Shown in pieces: positions 1 through 7,974 of a DNA stretch of 43,702 nt. The stretch's first letter is position 1; each line of letters begins with the position of its first letter. Location of the stretch: contig CAZUDU010000001.1 of the NCBI GenBank assembly GCA_964619455.1, positions 1 through 43,702 on the forward strand, read 5' to 3'. The position numbers and the translations under genes were made by a program. Under the pieces are notes generated by a model. That model was given only the letters and a program-made list of their open reading frames with translations. It had not been told where the DNA came from and made no database searches. The DNA comes from an uncultured Faecalibacterium sp. Lineage in GTDB: Bacteria; Bacillota; Clostridia; Oscillospirales; Ruminococcaceae.

Positions 1-36
1 CTGATGCGTGCCCTTGTGCGCACATCCATCCATTAA
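1..36 (+). CDS. 3' end of an upstream CDS (…LMRALVRTSIH*), product unknown
   Basis: Open frame from base 1 ending at TAA 34-36, immediately followed by a terminator. Confidence 0.4.
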   Translation: MMRALVRTSIH

Positions 37-41
37 AAAGC

Positions 42-75
42 AAAAGACCGCTGCACGCGTGCAGCGGTCTTTTTT
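42..75. terminator. Bidirectional intrinsic terminator
   Basis: Perfect 32-bp palindrome AAAAGACCGCTGCACG/CGTGCAGCGGTCTTTT between convergent stop codons. Confidence 0.85.
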
Positions 76-89
76 GATGCGGCAAAAAG

Positions 90-1016
90 TCAGTCCCGGA
101 TCGGCTCCCAGTAATTCGGGATGGGCTGTAAGTGCTCCTTGATGTAGCGGGCGTATTCCAGCACTTTGGGGTCAGTGTGGGGCGCGGTGACAAATCCTAA
201 GGTCGCACCGCCCTCCCAGTCCAAAGGCAGTGCCAGCGCGTGCCCGCTGTACTGGGTGGCGGGCACAAGCAGGATGACCTTTTTGTAGGAGGAGGTATAG
301 GTGAAAAAATCTTTGGGGTCGATGTACTTGTTGGGGGAGATATCCAGATGCAGATACCGGCGCAGTCGATCCTCATAAAAGCTGTTTCCGGGGTGGTTGT
401 GGAAGGCGAGAAGATATTCGTCCAGATCTTCCAGTTGAAGGCAGGGTTTCGAAAACTCGATGGCGGCCGAATCCTCCGTGTTGTATGAGGTGAACAGGCA
501 AAGCTCCGGTACGCGGGCAAATGGCAGGAAATCCAGACCAAAGCGTTCCAGATCCTCGTTCTCAAACAGTGCGGCAAGATGTGCCTCGCCCCGAAGCAGG
601 GCGGCATAGAGCGCTTCCTTGCTTTCGTAGCGGACAGGGCGCAGTGCATATCTGCGGCTGATAGGCTTTGCAATGCGGGTCAGCTCCGTCCAGATCTGGA
701 GAAACTGGTCGTTCAGGCAGCCGATGCAAAAGCTCTGGCGCTTCTGCTGGTGCATCTGCTGCAATTGCTGCCCCTCCGCAATGCCCTGCACGAACAGCGC
801 CTGCATCTTGAGCGCGGTCTGGTGAAAGCTGCGCCCCGCTTCGGTCAGGCGGACCTTGCGGCTGCTGCGGTCGAACAGGGTAAAGCCGATCTCGTGTTCC
901 AGTTGGTGGATCTGCTGGGATAATGCAGACTGTGAGATGTACAGCGCATCTGCCGCAGCGGTGAAGCTTTCTTTTTCCACAATGGTCAGAAAGCCGGTGA
1001 GCTGGCGGTTGGTCAT
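90..1016 (-). CDS. LysR-family transcriptional regulator
   Basis: N-terminal HTH motif SFTAAADALYISQSALSQQIHQLEHEIGFTLFDR..LTEAG; 308 aa; AGGAGG RBS; divergent from the oxidoreductase. Confidence 0.92.
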   Translation of the reverse strand: MTNRQLTGFLTIVEKESFTAAADALYISQSALSQQIHQLEHEIGFTLFDRSSRKVRLTEAGRSFHQTALKMQALFVQGIAEGQQLQQMHQQKRQSFCIGCLNDQFLQIWTELTRIAKPISRRYALRPVRYESKEALYAALLRGEAHLAALFENEDLERFGLDFLPFARVPELCLFTSYNTEDSAAIEFSKPCLQLEDLDEYLLAFHNHPGNSFYEDRLRRYLHLDISPNKYIDPKDFFTYTSSYKKVILLVPATQYSGHALALPLDWEGGATLGFVTAPHTDPKVLEYARYIKEHLQPIPNYWEPIRD

Positions 1017-1066
1017 GGCAGGGCCTCCTATAAGTTTTATCTAATGGATAGTATAAGCAGATTGAT

Positions 1067-1095
1067 TTGAAAACGCAAGTTTTTACCACTATAAT
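1067..1095 (+). promoter_or_regulatory. sigma-A promoter of the flavin oxidoreductase, with probable LysR sites just upstream (ATAAG repeats at 1030 and 1053)
   Basis: TTGAAA-17bp-TATAAT; AT-rich LysR-type boxes adjacent to the -35. Confidence 0.7.
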
Positions 1096-1164
1096 AAGAT
1101 TCATGATAGGTTTGTTATTTGACAAACGAAAAGAAGAAAGAAAAACCAACAAGGAGAACGCATT

Positions 1165-3129
1165 ATGGAAAAGATCTCTCGTAAGAGCTTTGTGAAGGGC
1201 GCGCTGGGTCTGGGTGCTGCAAGCCTGCTGGCAGGCTGCTCCGCCGCAAGCTCCAGCACCTCCACCGCTGCAAGCTCCACTCCTGCTGTGGAGCCGAAGA
1301 AGGACATCACCTTTGCCGACACCATCCGCTGGGATGCTGAGTATGACGTTGTCGTTCTGGGCATGGGCGCAGCCGGTATGGTCGCAGCCAAGACCGCAGC
1401 CGACAACGGCGCAAAGGTCGTCATCGTCGAAAAGTGTGACGAGGCTAAGGCTGGCGGCAACACCAAGGTCTGCGGCCAGCTGTTTGCATACGGCAACGGC
1501 GATGTGGAAGCAACCAAGACCTACTACAACGCACTGGCAGGCGGTCGTTTCATCGAGCCGGAGATCGTGGATACCATCTCTGAGGGTGTTGCGAATATGG
1601 CAGAGACTCTGGCAGAAGAGTTCGGCTTCAACCGTGACGAGTTTATGGACTGGACCGGTCTGCCGGTCATCGGCGAGATGAGCCCCGAATACCCGGAAAA
1701 GCCCGGTCATGAGAAGATCGGTCTGTGGACGACCCATGCGGGTGCCAGCGACGGCTACCTGTATCAGGGTCTGAAGCAGAACGTGCTGGAGCGCAACGAC
1801 AGCATCGATGTGTGGTATTCTTCTCCCGCGAAGAAACTGCTCCAGGACCCCGAGAGCAAGACCGTTCTCGGCGTGACCGTTGAGCGCGATGGCAAGGAGA
1901 TGAACATCCGCGCCATCAACGGCGTCTGCCTGTGCACCGGCGGTTTCGAGTGCAACAAGGAGATGGTGCAGCACTACCTCAATGTCATCAACTACGCACC
2001 CCGCGGCGGTCAGTACAACACCGGCGACGGCATCAAGATGGCACAGGAGATCGGTGCAGACCTGTGGCACATGGATTGCTACGAGGGTCTGTTCGGTCTG
2101 GGCAGCGTGACCTACCCCACCGAGGAGGGTGTGCCCTGCGAGATGGTCGCGACCCTGACCCAGAACGCGATGAACAAGGGCGCTTCCATTCTGGTCGGCA
2201 CCGATGGCGAGCGTTTCGTCAACGAGAGCGAGATCGTGCGCCATGGTCACCTGTACGAGAACGGCATCTGGGAGAACCCCACCTTCCCCGAGAAGATCTG
2301 GTACATCGTGGACGAGACCCAGAAGGCTGAGATCGAGGCTGCAGGTCTGATGACCGAGGCACAGCTGGCAATGTTCACCGCATACGACAGCATCGAGGCA
2401 ATGGCAGAGGGCACCGGCTGTGACGCCGACCGTCTGGCAAAGACCATCAAGCATTTCAACAGCTTTGCCAAGAACGGCGAGGATCTCAAGTGCGACCGTG
2501 AAGCACAGTATATGCGTGCATTCGACGGCAAGAAGTACTACGCGATGTACATGGTCTCCGGTCTGCTGAACACGCAGGGCGGTCCCAAGCGCAACTATAA
2601 GGCAGAGGTCCTGGACACCCACGGCGAGCCGATCCCCCACCTGTACTCCGCAGGTGAGTGCGGCGGCATCACCGTCTGCATGTATCAGGGCGGCACCAAC
2701 ATTGCCGAGTGCATCACCTTTGGCCGCATCGCTGGCAAGAACGCTGCCGAGAAGAAGGCTGCTCTGGGCAACTACGTTGTGGATGCCATCGAGTCCACCC
2801 CCGCACAGCCCGGCGAGATCGATGACATGATCGCAGAGGAAGTCGAGTACGAGACCGCTGCAAACCAGTACATCGGCAAGGCACAGGGCATGGATGACGA
2901 GATCGTTGTCCGCGTCACCGTCGATGGCGGCAAGATCAGCAACGTCGAGGTGCTCAAGCAGAACGAGACCCCGGGCATCGGCGTGCCCGCTGCCGAGCAG
3001 CTGCCTGAAAAGTTCATCGGTCTGGAGACCGAGGACGCCATCAATGCAGTGGACGGTCTGTCTGGTGCGACCATCACCTCCAACGCTCTGAAGCAGGCAG
3101 TCATCAACGCGCTGCTCCAGGCAAAGTAA
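1165..3129 (+). CDS. Exported lipoprotein FAD-dependent oxidoreductase (FAD_binding_2 / flavocytochrome-c-like) with C-terminal FMN-binding (flavinylation) domain
   Basis: Tat-like SRKSFVK plus lipobox LAGC; Rossmann motif DVVVLGMGAAG; CTGGF, NTGDG and LYSAGE motifs; C-terminal ETPGIG…VDGLSGATITS flavinylation motif. Confidence 0.88.
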   Translation: MEKISRKSFVKGALGLGAASLLAGCSAASSSTSTAASSTPAVEPKKDITFADTIRWDAEYDVVVLGMGAAGMVAAKTAADNGAKVVIVEKCDEAKAGGNTKVCGQLFAYGNGDVEATKTYYNALAGGRFIEPEIVDTISEGVANMAETLAEEFGFNRDEFMDWTGLPVIGEMSPEYPEKPGHEKIGLWTTHAGASDGYLYQGLKQNVLERNDSIDVWYSSPAKKLLQDPESKTVLGVTVERDGKEMNIRAINGVCLCTGGFECNKEMVQHYLNVINYAPRGGQYNTGDGIKMAQEIGADLWHMDCYEGLFGLGSVTYPTEEGVPCEMVATLTQNAMNKGASILVGTDGERFVNESEIVRHGHLYENGIWENPTFPEKIWYIVDETQKAEIEAAGLMTEAQLAMFTAYDSIEAMAEGTGCDADRLAKTIKHFNSFAKNGEDLKCDREAQYMRAFDGKKYYAMYMVSGLLNTQGGPKRNYKAEVLDTHGEPIPHLYSAGECGGITVCMYQGGTNIAECITFGRIAGKNAAEKKAALGNYVVDAIESTPAQPGEIDDMIAEEVEYETAANQYIGKAQGMDDEIVVRVTVDGGKISNVEVLKQNETPGIGVPAAEQLPEKFIGLETEDAINAVDGLSGATITSNALKQAVINALLQAK

Positions 3130-3170
3130 GTTCCGCCTTCACTATTTCTTTTCCATAAAGTCAACTGGCA

Positions 3171-3206
3171 CAAAAAGCCCGCAGTCGTCAAACTGCGGGC
3201 TTTTTG
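3171..3206. terminator. Bidirectional intrinsic terminator
   Basis: CAAAAAGCCCGCAGT-loop-ACTGCGGGCTTTTTG between convergent genes. Confidence 0.85.
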
Positions 3207-3258
3207 CTTGTCTTTATCAAACAAGGGTGTTTGTTTTTACAATTTATGTGCGGTGCGC

Positions 3259-3888
3259 TTAAAGCATATTTGCTTTTTCGATCAGGCTGCGGATGTGGGG
3301 CACCAGCATCTCGATGGCAGAGTCGTTCTCGCCGCCGTAGGGCACGATGATATCGGCGTTGCGCTTGCTCGGCTCCACAAAGGCTTCGTGCATCGGCTTG
3401 ACCGTGTCGCGGTACTGTTCAATGACGCTGTCCAGCGAGCGGCCGCGCTCCTTGACATCCCGCAGGATGCGGCGCAGGATGCGCTCGTCTGCATCGGTGT
3501 CCACAAAGATCTTGTAGTCGAACAGGGCGCACAGCGCAGGCTCTGCAAAGGGCAGGATACCCTCCACGATCAGCACCGGGGCGGGCTTGATGTGCTGCAC
3601 TTCGTTGCTGCGGTTGTGGTCTGCGTAATCGTAGATGGGGCAGTCGATGTCGTGACCGGAGCGCAGCTCCTTGAGGTGATACACCAGCAGATCGTTGTCA
3701 AAGGCATCCGGGTGGTCGTAGTTCAGCTTGCAGCGCTCCGAGTAAGGCAGCTCATCATGGCGCTTGTAGTAGCTGTCGTGGGAGATCAGGCGGACTTCGT
3801 CCTCGCCAAAGCGCTCCTTGAGCCGCAGTGCGAGGGTGGTCTTGCCGCTGCCGGAGCCGCCCGCGATACCGATGATCAGATTTTTCAT
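3259..3888 (-). CDS. udk: Uridine kinase
   Basis: IGIAGGSGSGKTT P-loop, NYDHPDAFD, IVEGIL, RDVKERGRS, VKPMHEAFVEPSK. Confidence 0.95.
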   Translation of the reverse strand: MKNLIIGIAGGSGSGKTTLALRLKERFGEDEVRLISHDSYYKRHDELPYSERCKLNYDHPDAFDNDLLVYHLKELRSGHDIDCPIYDYADHNRSNEVQHIKPAPVLIVEGILPFAEPALCALFDYKIFVDTDADERILRRILRDVKERGRSLDSVIEQYRDTVKPMHEAFVEPSKRNADIIVPYGGENDSAIEMLVPHIRSLIEKANML

Positions 3889-4072
3889 ACCTTAGTGATC
3901 CTCCTGTGTGAAATCTGCTGTTTCCGGTGGAAAAAACAGCCGAAATGGATTATAATAACAATACATGGGGCGCCGCAAAAGCCCGCACTGGGGCAGGACG
4001 CACTCTTACCCAACATTGTACCACAAATCGCGCTGTTTTGACAGACCACAACGCGTTTGCAGGAGACTTTTT

Positions 4073-4690
4073 ATGAAAAAACTTGTTTTGGCACCCGTCA
4101 TCGACCAGACCGAACGCTGGGTCAACGGCTGCGAGAGCGTCAGTGCGGTGATGCTGCTGCAAACGATGGGCATCTGCATCGACCCGGACACCTTCATCCG
4201 GCGGGATCTGCCCTGTGCGCCATATACTGAACAGGGAGGCAGGCGGGTCGGGCCGGACCCTCACACCACCTACCCCGGTGACCCGCACGATGCCACCGGC
4301 TGCGGCTGCTATGCACCTTGCATCGTGTCGGCACTGCAAAGCGCGCTGGAACACGCGGGTGCGGCAGAGCAGTTTGCTGTGGTGGACGAAAGCGGCAAGA
4401 CTCCGGCAGAGCTGTGCCGCTCCATTGATGCCGGGATGCCGGTGGTGTTCTGGACAACGCTCGATTTTGACCCGCAGCCGAAGGGGGAGGAGCATTGGTT
4501 TTTGCCGGACGGCACCGACTTTGCGTGGAAGAACGGCGAGCACTGCGTACTGCTGGTGGGCTACGATGATGCGCACTACTGGTTCAATGACCCGTGGCAG
4601 CACCGCGGGCTTTGCAAGGTGGAAAAAGCCCTTGCCGAGCAATGCCACGCCATGCAGGGCGGCTATGCGGTGACCCTGCGGCGAAGATGA
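4073..4690 (+). CDS. C39-like (Peptidase_C39_2 / YvpB-type) cysteine peptidase family protein
   Basis: Q…NGCESVS catalytic Cys and EHCVLLVGYD…FNDPW His/Asp motif; start moved to ATG 4073, which follows AGGAG. Confidence 0.8.
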   Translation: MKKLVLAPVIDQTERWVNGCESVSAVMLLQTMGICIDPDTFIRRDLPCAPYTEQGGRRVGPDPHTTYPGDPHDATGCGCYAPCIVSALQSALEHAGAAEQFAVVDESGKTPAELCRSIDAGMPVVFWTTLDFDPQPKGEEHWFLPDGTDFAWKNGEHCVLLVGYDDAHYWFNDPWQHRGLCKVEKALAEQCHAMQGGYAVTLRRR

Positions 4691-4784
4691 CGATTTTTTT
4701 GCAGTGGATGGGTGAAACATTCCTAGCACAAACCGCACCTTTCTGCGATACTGGAACCAACAACATTCCATACAGGAGGGTAGG

Positions 4785-5624
4785 ATGATGAGCAGGATCT
4801 TACTGATCGATATTGACGGCACACTGGTGGACTACGAGAACCGCCTGCCCGCTTCGGCGGTGGACGCGATCCGCAAAGCGCGTGCCAATGGGCACAAGGT
4901 CTGCCTGTGCAGCGGGCGCAGCAAGGCGGAGAACAAGCAGGAGATCTGGGATATCGGCATCGATGGCTACATCGGCGGCAACGGAAGCTATGTGGAGTCG
5001 GACGGCGTGGTGGTGATGCACCAGCTGATCACGGCAGAGCAGTGCCGCCGCATCGTGGACTGGCTGGACGCGCGCGGGCTGGAGTTCTATCTGGAGAGCA
5101 ACAACGGGTTGTTCGCCAGCCGCACCTTCAAGGACGTTGCCGTGCGGGTCATGGCAGAGTACAGCCGCCGCAAGGGGCGGCAGGCACGGCTGGATATCGA
5201 CTATCAGGACGCCTTCCCCGGTATGATCTGGGACGGTGAGCTGTATCGCGATGACCTGAATAAACTCAGCTACGTGCTCCACAGCTATCAGGACTATCTG
5301 GATGCACAGGCGGCCTTCCCCGAGATGCAGCACGGCACATGGGGCGGCGCGGGCGAAACGGCGCTCTTTGGCGATATGGGCGTGAAGAACATCACCAAGG
5401 CACATGCAGTGGAAACACTGCTGGCACATCTTGGCGCAAAAAAGGAAGATACCATTGCTTTTGGCGATGCCAAGGTGGATATCCCCATGTTTGAAGCGTG
5501 TGCCTATGGTGTTGCAATGGGCAGCGGCGGTGAGGAGATCAAGGCTGCTGCGGACTACGTGACGGCCGATGTGGACAAGGGCGGCTTGTACCTTGCCTTT
5601 GTCCATCTGGGTCTGATCGACTGA
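4785..5624 (+). CDS. Cof-type HAD-IIB hydrolase
   Basis: DIDGTL motif I, CSGR motif II, K…AFGDAKVDIPM motifs III/IV. Confidence 0.92.
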   Translation: MMSRILLIDIDGTLVDYENRLPASAVDAIRKARANGHKVCLCSGRSKAENKQEIWDIGIDGYIGGNGSYVESDGVVVMHQLITAEQCRRIVDWLDARGLEFYLESNNGLFASRTFKDVAVRVMAEYSRRKGRQARLDIDYQDAFPGMIWDGELYRDDLNKLSYVLHSYQDYLDAQAAFPEMQHGTWGGAGETALFGDMGVKNITKAHAVETLLAHLGAKKEDTIAFGDAKVDIPMFEACAYGVAMGSGGEEIKAAADYVTADVDKGGLYLAFVHLGLID

Positions 5625-5643
5625 CAGACACAAGAGGAACAGG

Positions 5644-7263
5644 ATGAAAAAAGAACAACTGCATCAGAATATGAAAAAACGGGTCAAGGTGCTGGAGGAC
5701 GGCACGGTGCGTCTGCTCAAAAAAGGGCAGAAGGGCATGGTGCACGCCATTTTCAGCCGCTTGGGCATTGTTCTGGTGCTGTTATTTTTGCAGATCGCAG
5801 CGCTGTTCAGCCTGATGCGCTGGTTCGGGGAACTGCTGCCCCATTACTTGGGCGGCACCGTGCTGGTCACGGCGGCGATGGTGCTCTACCTGCTCAATCT
5901 GGATATGAACAACAGTGTACGCATTACATGGCTGGTGGTCGTGGCAGTGATGCCGGTGCTGGGCGTGCCGCTGTTCTTTTATACCCAAAAGGAGTTCGGG
6001 CACCGGCTGCTGGCGGCACGGCTCAAAGAGATGGAAGGCCAGATCCGGGAAAAGCTCCCGCAGAGCGAAGAGAGCCTCCGGCACCTACAGGAGGACTGCC
6101 CCGGCGCAGCTTCGCTGGAGCACTACCTGCGCGGCAGAGGCGGCGGCTACCCGGTGTACGAGAACACAGAGGTGACCTATTTCCCCGGCGGCGAGGCGAA
6201 GTTCGCTGCGCTGCTGCAGGAGCTGGAGACCGCACAGCAGTATATCTTTCTGGAATATTTCATCATCGATGAAGGGCTGATGTGGGGCAAGATCCTTGAA
6301 GTGCTGGCGCGCAAGGCGGCACAGGGGGTGGATGTGCGGGTACTGTACGACGGTACCTGTGAGTTCACCACCCTCCCGCGGGACTACCCCGAACGGCTGA
6401 AGGAGCTGGGCATCCGCTGCCGGGTATTCTCGCCTGCAACGCCTTTTGTCTCGACCCACTACAACTACCGGGATCACCGCAAGATCTTAGTCATCGACGG
6501 GCACACCGGCTTTACCGGCGGGGTCAATCTGGCGGATGAGTACATCAACGAGATCGAACGGTTCGGGCGATGGAAAGATTCTGCCATCATGCTCAAGGGC
6601 GAGGGCGTGCGCTCGATGACCGCGCTGTTCTTGCAGATGTGGAGCGTGATGCAGCCGCCGGAATTTGATCATTTTCTGGCGCAGGAGATCCCGCCCATGC
6701 CGGACGCGCGCGGCTTTGTGGTGCCTTACGGCGACTGCCCGCTGGACGGCGAACGGGTGGGCGAGATGGTCTACATCGACCTGCTCAACCGGGCACAGAA
6801 GTATGTGCATATCATGACACCCTACCTCATTCTGGACGGCGAGCTGGAAACTGCGCTGCGCTTTGCCGCAGAGCGGGGCGTGGACGTGCATCTGATCCTG
6901 CCGGGCGTGCCGGACAAAAAGTCTGCCTACGCGCTGGCAAAGACCCACTATAAGGCATTGCTGTCCTCCGGGGTGAAGATCAGCGAGTGGAAGCCGGGCT
7001 TCGTCCATGCCAAGGTCGTGGTGGCGGACGGCGTGGAAGCAGTGGTGGGCACCATCAATCTGGACTACCGCAGCCTGTACCATCACTTCGAGAATGCGGT
7101 CTGGATGCGCAGGGTGGACTGTATCCGGGAGATGGAAGCGGATTTCCAAAAGACCCTTGCGGACTGCCGGCACATTGAGCCGACCCGGCAGAGCATCTGG
7201 CAGGGCAAGCTGCTGCTGCGGATAATGGGGCGTGTGCTCAAGATCATTGCACCGCTGATGTGA
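5644..7263 (+). CDS. cls: Cardiolipin synthase
   Basis: N-terminal TM helices; two HKD motifs (HRKILVIDG, HAKVVVADG); GGVNLADEY; INLDYRS. Confidence 0.92.
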   Translation: MKKEQLHQNMKKRVKVLEDGTVRLLKKGQKGMVHAIFSRLGIVLVLLFLQIAALFSLMRWFGELLPHYLGGTVLVTAAMVLYLLNLDMNNSVRITWLVVVAVMPVLGVPLFFYTQKEFGHRLLAARLKEMEGQIREKLPQSEESLRHLQEDCPGAASLEHYLRGRGGGYPVYENTEVTYFPGGEAKFAALLQELETAQQYIFLEYFIIDEGLMWGKILEVLARKAAQGVDVRVLYDGTCEFTTLPRDYPERLKELGIRCRVFSPATPFVSTHYNYRDHRKILVIDGHTGFTGGVNLADEYINEIERFGRWKDSAIMLKGEGVRSMTALFLQMWSVMQPPEFDHFLAQEIPPMPDARGFVVPYGDCPLDGERVGEMVYIDLLNRAQKYVHIMTPYLILDGELETALRFAAERGVDVHLILPGVPDKKSAYALAKTHYKALLSSGVKISEWKPGFVHAKVVVADGVEAVVGTINLDYRSLYHHFENAVWMRRVDCIREMEADFQKTLADCRHIEPTRQSIWQGKLLLRIMGRVLKIIAPLM

Positions 7264-7275
7264 TCGCCAAAAACG

Positions 7276-7302
7276 AAAAGCTCCCCTTTGGGGAGCTTTT
7301 TT
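7276..7302 (+). terminator. Intrinsic terminator after cls
   Basis: AAAAGCTCCCC-TTT-GGGGAGCTTTTTT. Confidence 0.8.
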
Positions 7303-7310
7303 GCTGTGCA

Positions 7311-7344
7311 AAAAACAAGCCCCGCATCCTTGCGGACGCGGGGC
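7311..7344 (-). terminator. Intrinsic terminator after the zinc-ribbon gene
   Basis: GCCCCGCATCC/GGACGCGGGGC hairpin preceded on + by an A-rich tract (U-rich tail on -). Confidence 0.65.
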
Positions 7345-7379
7345 AGGCAGTTCTAATTTAAAATAAAATCAGCGCTGAA

Positions 7380-7670
7380 TTAGTTCTGCTTCATGCGAGC
7401 GAAGCAGTCGGAGCAGTAGACCGGACGGTCCTCACGGGGCTGGAAGGGAACCTTGCAAGCCTTGCCGCAAGCTGCGCAGGTAGCGTCGAACATCTGACGC
7501 TCGCTGCTGGTGTTGCCGCCACGGACGCCGTTCTTACGAGCGTCACGGCAGGGCTTGCAGCGCTGGGGCTGGTTCTCGAAGCCGCGAGATGCGTAGAACT
7601 CCTGCTCACCAGCAGTCCAAACAAACTCCTTGCCGCAGTCCTTGCAAACTAAAGTCTTGTCTTCGAACAT
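7380..7670 (-). CDS. Double zinc-ribbon protein (zf-trcl plus CxxC-x17-CxxC domain), 96 aa
   Basis: MFEDKTLVCKDCGKEFVWTAGEQEFYASRGFENQPQRCKPCR…CAACG…PVYCSDCF; GAGGAG RBS before ATG 7670. Confidence 0.9.
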   Translation of the reverse strand: MFEDKTLVCKDCGKEFVWTAGEQEFYASRGFENQPQRCKPCRDARKNGVRGGNTSSERQMFDATCAACGKACKVPFQPREDRPVYCSDCFARMKQN

Positions 7671-7808
7671 AGTAGTATCTCCTCTTTGTTTAGTTCTTGC
7701 CCACGGAAGGATTGTAACCATACCTTTGGTTTTTAGGGACCATCGCGCTGATCAGTAAGCTTACCAGGGGCTTGAATGATAAAATATCCTCTGGCTGAGG
7801 ACTTCCCT

Positions 7809-7837
7809 ATTGTACCGTTAATTTCGGGTTTTGTCAA
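7809..7837 (-). promoter_or_regulatory. Near-consensus sigma-A promoter of the zinc-ribbon gene
   Basis: TTGACA-17bp-TACAAT on the minus strand. Confidence 0.8.
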
Positions 7838-7913
7838 CTCAAAAACGATTGCCCGACCTTTTATTTGTGGATATACCACAATCCGCGTGGAGCTGTTTTG
7901 GCAAAACGCCGAC

Positions 7914-7953
7914 AAAAAGGAGCCGTGCTCCCCAAAACGGGAACACGGCTCCT
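7914..7953 (-). terminator. Intrinsic terminator after ackA
   Basis: AGGAGCCGTGCTCCC/GGGAACACGGCTCCT stem with an A-run on + (U tail on -). Confidence 0.8.
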
Positions 7954-7974
7954 CAAAAGCCCTTTGGGAAAGAA

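Noticed and set aside
7865-7881. Calling the TTGTG…CACAA palindromes Rex operators
   Set aside because: The spacer is 7 bp rather than the 8 bp of the Rex consensus, so they are kept as an unassigned motif.
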